DNA of 64,000 nucleotides from Flavobacterium sp. (GTDB lineage Bacteria; Bacteroidota; Bacteroidia; Flavobacteriales; Flavobacteriaceae): NCBI GenBank assembly GCA_036676965.1, contig JAKFBW010000055.1, positions 3,567 to 67,566 of the forward strand, read 5' to 3'. Shown piece by piece: positions 1 to 9,714 of this stretch (position 1 is its first letter; each line of letters starts with the position of its first letter). The notes under the pieces were generated by a model. It saw only the letters and a program-made list of their open reading frames with translations, ran no database searches and was not told where the DNA came from. The position numbers and the translations under genes were made by a program.

Positions 1-1976
1 TTATTATTGTCAATCTTATCTTTGTTTTCAAAAGGATAATGCCATTGTGCATACGGCATAGAACCCGAATCGAACCAAACGTCAATCAAATCGGCCTCGC
101 GTTTCATCGGTTTGCCCGAAGCGGAAACCAAGGTGATTTCATCGACTACATTTTTATGCAAATCGATTAAATCATAATTGCTTTCGTCCATGTTTCCAAT
201 TTCAAAACCTTTGAAAGGATTTTCTTTTTGAAAACCTGCTGCGATTGCTTTTTCGATCTCGTTGTATAATTCCTCTACAGAACCAATCAAGATTTCTTCC
301 TGTTTGTCTTCGGATCTCCAGATTGGCAACGGAATCCCCCAGTATCTCGAACGGGATAAATTCCAGTCGTTGGCATTTTTCAACCAATTCCCGAAACGTC
401 CTTCCCCGGTTGCTTTTGGCTTCCAGTTGATGGTTTCATTCAGGTCAAACATCCGGTCTCTAACCTCGGTAATTTTGATAAACCAGGAATCAAGCGGATA
501 GTATAGAATAGGCTTGTCTGTTCTCCAACAATGCGGGTAACTGTGCACGTATTTCTCTACTTTGAAGGCTTTATTCTCTTCTTTCAAACGGATGGCAAGC
601 TCTACGTCTATCGAACGTTCCGGTGCTTCGCCTTCATTGTAATATTCATTTTTAACGTATTTACCACCGTATTCACCCATGTGTGAAGTGAATCTCCCTT
701 GTAAATCCACCAGTGGAACCGGAGTTCCATTTTCATCCAAAACCAACATTGGCGGTACTTCAGGCGTAGCTTCTTTGGCTACTTTCGCATCATCGGCACC
801 AAAAGTCGGGGCAGTATGTACGATTCCCGTTCCGTCTTCGGTAGTCACGAAATCCCCGGAAATTACCCTAAACGCATTTTCAGGATTCTGGTATGGCAAC
901 GCAAACGGCAACAACTGCTCGTAACGGATGCCGACCAAATCAGCTCCTTTAGATTCCGCTACGATTTGGTATGGTATCTTTCCTGCCTTGCCGGCAGGCT
1001 GGTTATCTCCGGCTTTGTAATTTTCAAAATCAGCCGCTTCTTCAGTGGCAAAAAATCCTTTTCCGAATTGTTTCCCCACTAAGTTTTTAGCCAGAATAAC
1101 ATTGATTGGCAAAAAGGTATATTGATTGTAAGTCTTAACTAACACATAATCGATTTTTGGGCCAACCGTCAAGGCAGTGTTTGATGGCAAGGTCCAAGGA
1201 GTCGTCGTCCAGGCAAGGAAAAAAAACTCACCCCAGCCCTCTCCAAAGGAGAGGGAGTCAAGTCCGAATGCTTTTTCGACAGAATTTTCGGTTCCCTCTC
1301 CCTCTCCTTTGGAGAGGGCTGGGGAGAGGACTTTGAATTGAGCAACAACAGTCGTGTCGGTCACATCTCTGTAACTTCCCGGCTGGTTTACTTCATGGGA
1401 AGACAATCCTGTACCCGCTTTCGGGGAATACGGTTGTATCGTATATCCTTTGTACATCAAATCCTTGTTGTAGATTTGTTTCAAAAGCCACCAAACCGAC
1501 TCCATATATTTGGGTTTATAGGTCACATATGGATCTTCCATATCTACCCAATACCCCATTTTCTCGGTCAAATCATTCCATACGTCAGTATAACGCATTA
1601 CCGTTTTTTTACAGGCTTCATTGTACTCTTCTACCGAAATAATTTTCCCGATATCTTCTTTGGTAATTCCCAAAGCCGCTTCGGTACCTAATTCCACCGG
1701 CAATCCGTGTGTATCCCAACCCGCTTTACGCTTTACTTGAAACCCTTTTTGTGTTTTATATCTACAAAAAATATCTTTGATAGCACGTGCCATGACGTGG
1801 TGAATTCCCGGTAATCCGTTGGCCGAAGGTGGCCCTTCAAAAAATACGAATGGTGCATTTCCCTCACGGGTAGTTACACTTTTCTCAAATATGTTTTCCT
1901 GCTTCCAAAAATCAAGAACTTCAGAGGCCACCACAGGCAAGTCAAGTCCTTTGTATTCAGTAAATTTTGTGCTCAT
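1..1976 (-). CDS. ileS: Isoleucine--tRNA ligase, 5' part (runs off the window start; not in the supplied ORF track)
   Basis: Manual translation from ATG at 1976: MSTKFTEYKGLDLP...FFEGPPSANGLPGIHHV (HIGH-type motif), GWDTHGLP, LAWTTTPWTLPSN (editing domain), GTGIVHTAP, DWNLSRSRYWGIP, DVWFDSGSMP. The frame stays open to position 1. Confidence 0.97.
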   Translation of the reverse strand, partial: MSTKFTEYKGLDLPVVASEVLDFWKQENIFEKSVTTREGNAPFVFFEGPPSANGLPGIHHVMARAIKDIFCRYKTQKGFQVKRKAGWDTHGLPVELGTEAALGITKEDIGKIISVEEYNEACKKTVMRYTDVWNDLTEKMGYWVDMEDPYVTYKPKYMESVWWLLKQIYNKDLMYKGYTIQPYSPKAGTGLSSHEVNQPGSYRDVTDTTVVAQFKVLSPALSKGEGEGTENSVEKAFGLDSLSFGEGWGEFFFLAWTTTPWTLPSNTALTVGPKIDYVLVKTYNQYTFLPINVILAKNLVGKQFGKGFFATEEAADFENYKAGDNQPAGKAGKIPYQIVAESKGADLVGIRYEQLLPFALPYQNPENAFRVISGDFVTTEDGTGIVHTAPTFGADDAKVAKEATPEVPPMLVLDENGTPVPLVDLQGRFTSHMGEYGGKYVKNEYYNEGEAPERSIDVELAIRLKEENKAFKVEKYVHSYPHCWRTDKPILYYPLDSWFIKITEVRDRMFDLNETINWKPKATGEGRFGNWLKNANDWNLSRSRYWGIPLPIWRSEDKQEEILIGSVEELYNEIEKAIAAGFQKENPFKGFEIGNMDESNYDLIDLHKNVVDEITLVSASGKPMKREADLIDVWFDSGSMPYAQWHYPFENKDKIDNN
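982..998. repeat. Mini-palindrome CCTGCC-TTGCC-GGCAGG inside ileS (encodes PAGKAG)
   Basis: 6-bp stem with 5-nt loop read directly; lies in frame within ileS. Confidence 0.7.
1227..1328. repeat. REP-like doublet inside ileS (27-bp perfect inverted arms, each itself a CCCTCTCC-AAA-GGAGAGGG hairpin)
   Basis: 1231-1257 CCCCAGCCCTCTCCAAAGGAGAGGGAG is the exact reverse complement of 1298-1324. A near-identical arm lies intergenically at 31264-31290. Confidence 0.92.
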
Positions 1977-2000
1977 TTTATCCTTTTCTTAAACGAGGTG

Positions 2001-2008
2001 CGAAAGTA
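2001..2008 (-). promoter_or_regulatory. Bacteroidetes sigma-A -7 box candidate for ileS (TACTTTCG)
   Basis: Near match to TAnnTTTG, 25 nt upstream of the ileS ATG. Confidence 0.5.
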
Positions 2009-2431
2009 AGGAATTTTAAAGAAATTAGAGAAAAGATGCGAGAAAAAAGAGAAAAACGGGTGAAATATTTCACAATTAATGTGAAAAAAAATCACTTTTG
2101 GGAATCTTAAGCAAAAACTGACTTCAAAACATCCGGCATAAAAAATATTTTCGTTTTAGTGAATACTTCTGTAGCCGTGCTAATGTTACCGTTCTTGTAT
2201 TTTAAACAATAAAATTTAAGCCTATTTATCCCCCTATTAATCTGAATTCAGTTTCCATCATAAAACATTAAATTTCAATTTATTATGACTAATTTTGGTA
2301 AACACCTCGTATAAATATAAAAAATTAAGAAACTAACGTATTATATGGCTGCAATTTTAGCATTTTACCCATAAAAACAACGGGTTAGAAGTATTGAAAA
2401 GGAGAATTCTATCACTAATAAAACTCAAATC

Positions 2432-3259
2432 ATGTTACGAAGTTTATTAATCATATTGTTCACAACATCTCTTTTTTCACAATCCTACTTTGAACCACTT
2501 CAAGTAAGGCATACGAATGCATTTAAAAACAACCAATACGAAACCTCTCTTTTTAAAATTTCAGAAATAAGTAGCGAACTCCCCATCAAAATAAAAAACA
2601 ACAATTATCTTCTTATAAGTCCATTTTACAGCAACACTCAAATCACTCTGGAAGATACTGACCATCAATTCCCTACAATACAATCATTACGTTTACCGAT
2701 GGGTTTGATTACTCCAATAGGAGAATCAAAATGGTCACTTACACTCTTAACAGTATTGAGCTGGAATGGCGAAAAATTATTTACGGATGACAGTTTTCAA
2801 TTTGGCACTATCGTCTTTACTACTTTTTCAAAAAAAACAAATAAAAAAATCCGTTTTGGCGTCTATGCAAATAAAGAATTTTTTGGCTGGTTTGTAATCC
2901 CATTAGTAGGTTTGAGTTGGCAAATAAATGACTCCAATTCTATTTTTGGATTATTACCCGGCCGGCTTACTTTTCAGCATAAATGGAATACGAAATTATA
3001 CAGTGGATTGAATTTTCGTGCCCCGATGAACAGCTACCGAATTACCGACCAACAATACATAACGCTATATGACAACCAACTCTCTTTGTTTTTAGATTAT
3101 TATTTAACCAAACCTATTTGCATTACAATAGAACCGGGCTGGAGTCTTTTCAGAAAAATTAGTACCAGCACCATAGAAAACGGCTATAAAATCAATGAAA
3201 CCAGCAGGGTTGATGGTTCGTTTATCAAATTGAGTGCCGCATACCGTTTTAAGTTATAA
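2432..3259 (+). CDS. Outer-membrane beta-barrel protein (DUF6268-like)
   Basis: Signal peptide, alternating aromatic beta-strand pattern, C-terminal ...AAYRFKL. Confidence 0.6.
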   Translation: MLRSLLIILFTTSLFSQSYFEPLQVRHTNAFKNNQYETSLFKISEISSELPIKIKNNNYLLISPFYSNTQITLEDTDHQFPTIQSLRLPMGLITPIGESKWSLTLLTVLSWNGEKLFTDDSFQFGTIVFTTFSKKTNKKIRFGVYANKEFFGWFVIPLVGLSWQINDSNSIFGLLPGRLTFQHKWNTKLYSGLNFRAPMNSYRITDQQYITLYDNQLSLFLDYYLTKPICITIEPGWSLFRKISTSTIENGYKINETSRVDGSFIKLSAAYRFKL

Positions 3260-3324
3260 CCATCAGCGTTTTACAACTTACTCTTAGCATAAGAATCTAA
3301 TGGATCAATTAATTCTAATAAAAG

Positions 3325-4428
3325 ATGAAACAAGTATTTGATTTTGTAATGATATCTGGAGTACTGCTTGGGATTATATTCATAATCACAACGCTATGCT
3401 TCAAAAAGAAAACAGATAAAGCCATACTTTATCTAAATCTTGTTATTGCTTTCTTAATACTTAATAATCTTCAAGCCTTTTCATTCGAAACATTTCTAAT
3501 GGATGCCCCCTTTTTTATAAAAAGATTACAAATCCCATGGTATGTTCTAATTCTTCCTTCTTTTTATGTTTTTTTAACGCATTATCTAAAGATCGAAAAG
3601 AAGATTTCTTCCTATGTGTACATTTCTTTCTCCATATTTATTATAGAAATTCTCATCCGAATTGTTTTATTCCCAAATTATTACCGTCTGGACAACAGTT
3701 TTTTTATCGCAAAATATGTGCAAATAGAAGAAATAATAAATGCCTCCTACTCTATATTCATTTTTACAAAAACCCTATTAATCTTATTTAAATACACCGA
3801 TTTATACCCGCAAGTATTAGCTTTTGACAACTTAAAATGGCTACGGAATTTAATGTTTTTAGGAGGTATCATTATCCTCATGTGGGTTTGTGCTATTTTA
3901 TTAAACTTAGACAACACGTTAAATCCAGAAGTTTTAATTTATTACCCCTTACGCCTGAGCACCACTTCTTTATTATACTGGATAAGCTACCAAGGTTTTT
4001 ATAATTATTCTCTAATGACAGAACGGATCGAGTTAAGAAAAGCTATTCTAACTGAAGAAAAAAATAAAGAAAACAATCTTAACAACAACCCATCAAATGA
4101 CAGCAAATTCAAGCCTGTTAAGAATTATATTGAAAAAAACAAAAGATACATCGACCCCACTTTCAGTTTAGAGAAATTGGCTTCCGAAATGAATATCAGC
4201 ACCAGTAAACTATCGCATTTAATCAATCAGGAAAGTGGTTACAATTTTTCGGATTATATCAATTATTTAAGGGTCGAAAAAGCTAAAAAGTATTTGACAA
4301 ACCCAAATTATTCAGCCTATACCAACGTGGCTATCGGGCTCGAATGTGGCTTTAACTCCAAATCAACTTTCTACACCGCTTTTAAAAAATTCACTTCCCT
4401 AACTCCTTCAGAATACAAAGAAAAGTAA
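3325..4428 (+). CDS. Membrane-anchored AraC family transcriptional regulator
   Basis: About 7 hydrophobic N-terminal helices; C-terminal AraC HTH (SLEKLASEM...FSDYINYLRVEKAK...IGLECGFNSKSTFYTAFKK). Confidence 0.9.
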   Translation: MKQVFDFVMISGVLLGIIFIITTLCFKKKTDKAILYLNLVIAFLILNNLQAFSFETFLMDAPFFIKRLQIPWYVLILPSFYVFLTHYLKIEKKISSYVYISFSIFIIEILIRIVLFPNYYRLDNSFFIAKYVQIEEIINASYSIFIFTKTLLILFKYTDLYPQVLAFDNLKWLRNLMFLGGIIILMWVCAILLNLDNTLNPEVLIYYPLRLSTTSLLYWISYQGFYNYSLMTERIELRKAILTEEKNKENNLNNNPSNDSKFKPVKNYIEKNKRYIDPTFSLEKLASEMNISTSKLSHLINQESGYNFSDYINYLRVEKAKKYLTNPNYSAYTNVAIGLECGFNSKSTFYTAFKKFTSLTPSEYKEK

Positions 4429-4543
4429 GACTATGTAGTCCTATATTATTCAATGTGTCCTGATTTCTGCAAAATGGACAATCCGGGATAATGCTTTATA
4501 TTTCCAGTCATAATTTTGAGATAGAAATTAAAATCTCAACATT

Positions 4544-4906
4544 ATGAAAACCTCTATTTTATCTCTAATCGCAATTTCTTTCTTCATCCAAAGTTGTCAT
4601 ACTTATGCGGCAATCAATTTGAAAGACACCCCTTTATTTACGGACAGAAATTACAAAATAAAACAAACACATCAGTTTGAAAAAGTAAAACTACTATCCG
4701 TAAATGACAGCTCCCTAATTGTATTAAAACACAATACCCAAAAAAACATTCTAGTTTCAAAAATCAAAGAAATTAAAGAGCAAAATCCATCAACATTAAA
4801 AACGATAGCATTTGTAGTCTCTTTAGATCTCCCAACTATAGTTACAATAGGAACTGTTTTAAGGAGTGATTTTGTTTTTGACGATTTTGCAATTCCTAAA
4901 AATTAA
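4544..4906 (+). CDS. Hypothetical lipoprotein
   Basis: Signal peptide ending in lipobox-like IQSC. Confidence 0.6.
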   Translation: MKTSILSLIAISFFIQSCHTYAAINLKDTPLFTDRNYKIKQTHQFEKVKLLSVNDSSLIVLKHNTQKNILVSKIKEIKEQNPSTLKTIAFVVSLDLPTIVTIGTVLRSDFVFDDFAIPKN

Positions 4907-4918
4907 ACCCTGGAAATC

Positions 4919-5614
4919 ATGTTACTATTTATTTGTTATACTTTATTAAGAAAGTGTAATATCCAAAATTTAATTCGAATCCCTTTAAAAATAGGATCCT
5001 ATTTGAAAGCAAATATTACTAAATTTTTGATCCATTTTTTCATCAGACTGTTGCCTTTTTTGCCTGTAGTGTCGTTATCCCAAAACTCCCGACTTGATTA
5101 CAAAGTAATGTTTAGCGGCAATAATATTGGCTGGCTACGGCTTGAAAAAAATGACACCGGAAACAAATCCAATCTACTTTTGGTCTCTGAAATTAAAACC
5201 AAAGTTGTTTTTCCAATCACTGTGTTTTCTAAAGAGGCATCCACCTTTGAAAACGGTAAACTTATTTATTCGTCACAATTCAGAAAAACTAACGGTAAAA
5301 CAAAAATCAACAAAGAAATCCGATTCGTTAAAAACGAATACGAGATGATTGAAAATGACAAAAAAACCAAACTTTCCTGTACCAATATCGACACCAATCT
5401 TTTGAGCCTCTTTTTTGAAGAACCCAAAAACGCCGAAGAAGTGTATTGTGACAATCAACAACGCTTTATCAGGGTAACAAAAGCAAATGATGGGGGTTAC
5501 AAAATGAAATTCCCTAACGGCAATTGCAACAGCTATTATTACAAAGAAGGTGTCTGCATTAAAGTTAAGGTGGAGCATAAATTCTATATCGCAGAAATAA
5601 TCATTGAACCTTAA
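4919..5614 (+). CDS. Hypothetical exported protein (DUF6134-like); start uncertain
   Basis: 231-aa ORF, beta-rich mature part starting ...SLSQNSRLDYKV. Confidence 0.55.
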   Translation: MLLFICYTLLRKCNIQNLIRIPLKIGSYLKANITKFLIHFFIRLLPFLPVVSLSQNSRLDYKVMFSGNNIGWLRLEKNDTGNKSNLLLVSEIKTKVVFPITVFSKEASTFENGKLIYSSQFRKTNGKTKINKEIRFVKNEYEMIENDKKTKLSCTNIDTNLLSLFFEEPKNAEEVYCDNQQRFIRVTKANDGGYKMKFPNGNCNSYYYKEGVCIKVKVEHKFYIAEIIIEP

Positions 5615-5623
5615 GAAAAAACC

Positions 5624-6310
5624 ATGCAAACCACAACTATTGTACTGTATATCGCTAGCTATGTCTTCTTTTTTGTATTCAACTGGAAAAGCATCAAAGA
5701 TGGTAGTCAAAGGCTAATCAATGACGACGGAGATTTTACCTCAAAACCGAAACAGCTGATACTTTCGCATCTCATAGGTGCCGTTTGGCTTGGATTCATT
5801 CCTGTGATGACACTAAAAGATTCCATTACAAGCATTTTGATTGACCCTAAAACAATAGAAATAAACACCATTCTTCTTTACGTTCTGACCTTTATTACAA
5901 TCCTGTTTATTGCACTCCAACAAAGTACAAATGCCTATGAAAAAAGAGAAAAATCAAAAAACGCTCTTCATCTATCAGCACTCTTCTTTATTATTTATTT
6001 TATAACAAGAGCCTTATTCCTGTTTTCTTATGAATTATGGTTCAGGGGAGGATTACTGTTTGAGACTACCGCCGGCATCGGAATGCCTTTGGCTATTGTT
6101 GTCAATATCTTTCTCTATGTTTTATTGCACGTTTTTAACAGCCGGAAAGAACTATTGGCCTGTATCCCTTTCGGAATTGTAAGCTGCCTATTCTGTTTTG
6201 CATTTAATGCCGCCTGGCCGGCCATACTACTGCACATCGGTTTTTCATTGGGCTACGAAATTAATTTTTACCGATTGAATTTAAATCATCTAAAAAACAC
6301 AACGTCATGA
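5624..6310 (+). CDS. CPBP (CAAX/Abi) family intramembrane metalloprotease-like protein
   Basis: Multi-pass protein with ELWFRG, F..LH and HIGF motifs; the canonical EE is reduced to YE. Confidence 0.75.
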   Translation: MQTTTIVLYIASYVFFFVFNWKSIKDGSQRLINDDGDFTSKPKQLILSHLIGAVWLGFIPVMTLKDSITSILIDPKTIEINTILLYVLTFITILFIALQQSTNAYEKREKSKNALHLSALFFIIYFITRALFLFSYELWFRGGLLFETTAGIGMPLAIVVNIFLYVLLHVFNSRKELLACIPFGIVSCLFCFAFNAAWPAILLHIGFSLGYEINFYRLNLNHLKNTTS

Positions 6311-7299
6311 AAATTTTAATAACAGGTGCAACAGGATATATTGGAAATAATCTTGCAAACACACTCGCCAACATGGGAAATAAGGTTCATGCAATTGTTC
6401 GTTCAGATTCTGCAAAAAGATTATTGCAACACCCAAATATTACCCTTTTTAAAGGCGACATTTTAGATAAAGACAGCTTAGTGACTGCCATGAAAGGTTG
6501 CCAACAGGTATATCATACAGCAGCAAAAGTGGGTCTCGATATAAAAAATTATCCTGATTTCCATAATGTAAATGTTGAAGGAACCCAAAATGTCATTGAT
6601 GCAATCTTAGAAACAGGCATAGAAAAAACAGTTTTTACTAGCACCTGTAGTGTGATTGGCCCATCATACAACCATCCTCTAAACGAAAAGAACTCTCCAA
6701 CTGCTAAAATTACGAATGCTTATGATTTAACAAAAAAATTGAGCGAAGACATAATATTCCAAGAAGCAACTAAAGGGATGAATGCTGTTATTGTAAGTCC
6801 CTCAAAAATTTATGGGCCTGGAAATATTTCTCATTCACTTACAGCCAATGCTGTCATAAATATGTTCTTAAAAAAGAAAATTACTCTTATTCCTTCACCA
6901 GGAACATACCGGGTCAGTTTTGCCTATATAGATGACATCATAAACGGACACTTGCTTGCCATGGAAAAAGGAAAAAGTGGTGAAAAGTATATTCTGGGAG
7001 GAGTAAATATTTCATACCAAGAATTTTTCAATCAAATTAGAGCTATATCATCATGCAATGGACATATAATCCATTTTTCAAAAAACACATTTAAAGCATT
7101 AGCTCTTTTACAATTATTAAATTATAAAATTACAGGAGCCTCTCCCCTTTTTACAGCAAAGTCAATAGACTATATTTTCAATAATTACGTCTTCTCCAGT
7201 GATAAAGCCATTGAAGAATTAGGATATAAAATAACCCCATTGGAAGAGGCTTTAAAACAAACCATTCACTTTTTAAAAAACCAAAGTCATGAAAACTAA
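6307..7299 (+). CDS. NAD-dependent epimerase/dehydratase (extended SDR; dihydroflavonol-reductase/3-beta-HSD-like)
   Basis: ITGATGYIG, HTAA, NVEGTQN, YDLTK (YxxxK), PSKIYGPG. Confidence 0.9.
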   Translation: MKILITGATGYIGNNLANTLANMGNKVHAIVRSDSAKRLLQHPNITLFKGDILDKDSLVTAMKGCQQVYHTAAKVGLDIKNYPDFHNVNVEGTQNVIDAILETGIEKTVFTSTCSVIGPSYNHPLNEKNSPTAKITNAYDLTKKLSEDIIFQEATKGMNAVIVSPSKIYGPGNISHSLTANAVINMFLKKKITLIPSPGTYRVSFAYIDDIINGHLLAMEKGKSGEKYILGGVNISYQEFFNQIRAISSCNGHIIHFSKNTFKALALLQLLNYKITGASPLFTAKSIDYIFNNYVFSSDKAIEELGYKITPLEEALKQTIHFLKNQSHEN

Positions 7300-8122
7300 A
7301 CTTTACACCCTGATAACCGGTTCCAGCGAAGGATTCGGAAAAGCATTGGCAATAGAATGTGCCAAAAGAAAAATGAACTTAATCCTTGTTTCATTACCAA
7401 ATTCTGGCCTCAACCATTTGGCCGAATTTATAATTCAACATTACAACGTTGATGTGGTTCCTATCGAAAAAGACCTTGCTGTTGAAGAGAATTGTATGAT
7501 GCTTTTCAAAGAAGTAGCACAACTGAATCTCTCCGTTAATATGCTCATCAACAATGTGGGCTTAGGAAGCACTATGTTCTTCAAAGAAGGAAATATCGAC
7601 TTTTATCAAAAACAGCTGAAGTTAAATGTAATGGTAACGACACTGCTCACCAGCCTGTTTCTTGATATGTTGAAAACGAATACGCCTTCCCATATTTTAA
7701 ATGTGAGCAGCCTGAGCTGTTTCTTTTATCTGGCCAAAAAACAAGTCTATGGTGCCACTAAATCCTATGTTTATTCTTTTTCAAAAAGCCTGCGTGCAGA
7801 GTTGAGTTCCGATGGCATCAATGTAAGTGTAATTTGCCCCGGGGGCATGAACACCAATGCAACAACAATAATGACCAATAAGTCAAATCACTGGCTGGCA
7901 CGTCAATCCATCATGGATCCAGATAAAGTTGCAGCAATAGCGATTAAAGGCCTATTAAATCGAGATGAAATTATTATTCCTGGTTTCATGAACAAACTCT
8001 TTTTGTTAGTGGACAAGTTGTTGCCTTCCTTCATCATTAAAATAATCGCCAACAGTCATGTCAATAAATTTAAGTCCTACAACATTGGAACTCGAAATCA
8101 CGACCATCAACTCATTAGTTAA
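7289..8122 (+). CDS. Classical SDR oxidoreductase
   Basis: TGSSEGFG, LINNVG, NVSS, YGATK. Confidence 0.9.
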   Translation: MKTKLYTLITGSSEGFGKALAIECAKRKMNLILVSLPNSGLNHLAEFIIQHYNVDVVPIEKDLAVEENCMMLFKEVAQLNLSVNMLINNVGLGSTMFFKEGNIDFYQKQLKLNVMVTTLLTSLFLDMLKTNTPSHILNVSSLSCFFYLAKKQVYGATKSYVYSFSKSLRAELSSDGINVSVICPGGMNTNATTIMTNKSNHWLARQSIMDPDKVAAIAIKGLLNRDEIIIPGFMNKLFLLVDKLLPSFIIKIIANSHVNKFKSYNIGTRNHDHQLIS

Positions 8123-8141
8123 GCATATAGACATCATTAAC

Positions 8142-8181
8142 CCATTGGGTGTAATTATTAAAAACTAATTACACCCAACGG
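8142..8181. terminator. Intergenic hairpin TTGGGTGTAATTA / TAATTACACCCAA
   Basis: 13-bp inverted repeat between the SDR and the next gene; terminator or RNA-stabilising hairpin. Confidence 0.45.
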
Positions 8182-8209
8182 GCATTATTAAACTTTAAAA
8201 ACTAACATC

Positions 8210-8956
8210 ATGAAAACCATTTTATTCTTCATTACAATCCTTACTTTAGGATGTGGCCCCGAATACTATGTACCCAATTCTCAAAATATACCTATTATGA
8301 AATCTAAAGGGCAGACTAATTTAGGTATTGGCTATAATGAAAGTGAATATACCAGAGGATTTGAACTTCAAACTGCTCATGCCATTACCAATCACATTGC
8401 TTTACAATTTAATGGTGATTGGGTTAAAAATGGGAAAAAAGGATATTTAGGCGATGCCTCTGACGACTTAAAAGCAACAGGAAGAATGTTAGAAGTTGGT
8501 GCAGGTTATTTCAAAGACATAGCTCCAAATTTTACATTTGAAACTTATGGATTACTTGGTTTTGGAAAAATTGAACTTGAAAACAACACATCTGGAACCA
8601 ATAATTTCTCAGCAAAATTCAACCGTGTTGGAATTCAACCAAGCTTAAGCTACAGTCGGAAACGTTTTTCAACTTCTCTTTCTTCAAGAATTGTCCATCT
8701 AAAATACAAAGACATCAGTGCAAATGGAAATCTAGAAGGTTTTGATCCTAATCATTTAAAAACAAATAACGCCTATTGGCTACTCGAACCCGCACTTACT
8801 ATTCAAGTAGGTTCAGAAAATTTAAAATTCCAACTCCAATATGTTTACAGTCATAATTTAACGAATCCCTCATTCGAACAAGAACCGGATATCATTTCAT
8901 TAGGAATTAAATTAAGAATTGACCCAATAAAACAAATCACATCTTTAAAAAAATAA
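8210..8956 (+). CDS. Hypothetical lipoprotein with beta-barrel-like body
   Basis: Lipobox-like TLGC; alternating beta-strand pattern. Confidence 0.6.
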   Translation: MKTILFFITILTLGCGPEYYVPNSQNIPIMKSKGQTNLGIGYNESEYTRGFELQTAHAITNHIALQFNGDWVKNGKKGYLGDASDDLKATGRMLEVGAGYFKDIAPNFTFETYGLLGFGKIELENNTSGTNNFSAKFNRVGIQPSLSYSRKRFSTSLSSRIVHLKYKDISANGNLEGFDPNHLKTNNAYWLLEPALTIQVGSENLKFQLQYVYSHNLTNPSFEQEPDIISLGIKLRIDPIKQITSLKK

Positions 8957-8957
8957 T

Positions 8958-9671
8958 TTAAGAAAAAACCTCCTTCAAAACCTCCAAAGATTTCGGTCGT
9001 TTGAAACCATCCAGATGAAAGCTGTAATAATCAATCAGGATTTTTAGAAGAATCTGTCTCTCGATGACATGAAAGGTTTTTTGATCGTTTTCGAATTTTA
9101 AATCAATGAGTTTTTTGAACAGACTGGTTTCGTGTTCGGTGAGCGAACTGATGGCGTGAAAAGGCGTGAAAACACCTTCGGTCATTTCGAAAAATGGCAT
9201 ATCCCTATCGGAAACATCCGGATAAAAACCGAGGTACTTGGTCATTTCCAGGAGCAGAATCAAATGGAAATTCGCAATTTCGTCATGATTGTCCAACCAA
9301 TGCAGGGCGGCTTCGAGAAAGCTAAAAAGCGACTCGTTTTTTTCTTCCTCATGAATCGAATGATGCAAAATCTCGGAAACAAACATCACGATTGTGCTTT
9401 TTACAATATCGGTATGAATCGAATGAAAAGGTTCGGCGATTTTTATCTCTTTGAAATTCTCTAAAGTACCTTTGTTCTTATGGACAGCCTCGATTTCCAG
9501 GATAGTCAAAGGCTGAAAATAGGCAATTTTTTGATTGGATTTCCGGGAAGAAAAAGCGTCCCGGACAAAATAGGATTTCAATCCATGGGAGAGCGTAAAG
9601 CATTTTACAATCAGGCTTTTCTCTTGGTATTTTAAAGCCGAAATAACAATTGCCTTGGTTTTAACCTGCAT
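8958..9671 (-). CDS. recO: DNA repair protein RecO
   Basis: MQVKTKAIV...KYQEKSLIVKCFT...YFQPL; ...LGFYP; typical Bacteroidetes RecO length. Confidence 0.93.
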   Translation of the reverse strand: MQVKTKAIVISALKYQEKSLIVKCFTLSHGLKSYFVRDAFSSRKSNQKIAYFQPLTILEIEAVHKNKGTLENFKEIKIAEPFHSIHTDIVKSTIVMFVSEILHHSIHEEEKNESLFSFLEAALHWLDNHDEIANFHLILLLEMTKYLGFYPDVSDRDMPFFEMTEGVFTPFHAISSLTEHETSLFKKLIDLKFENDQKTFHVIERQILLKILIDYYSFHLDGFKRPKSLEVLKEVFS

Positions 9672-9714
9672 GAATTTATTTTATAAATAATGAATCGCAA
9701 AAATAGTAAAAAAG

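Noticed and set aside
202-1691. Short ORFs in the track (202-387, 245-430, 262-501, 679-924, 816-1082, 1338-1691)
   Set aside because: All overlap the uninterrupted ileS frame on the minus strand; shadow ORFs.
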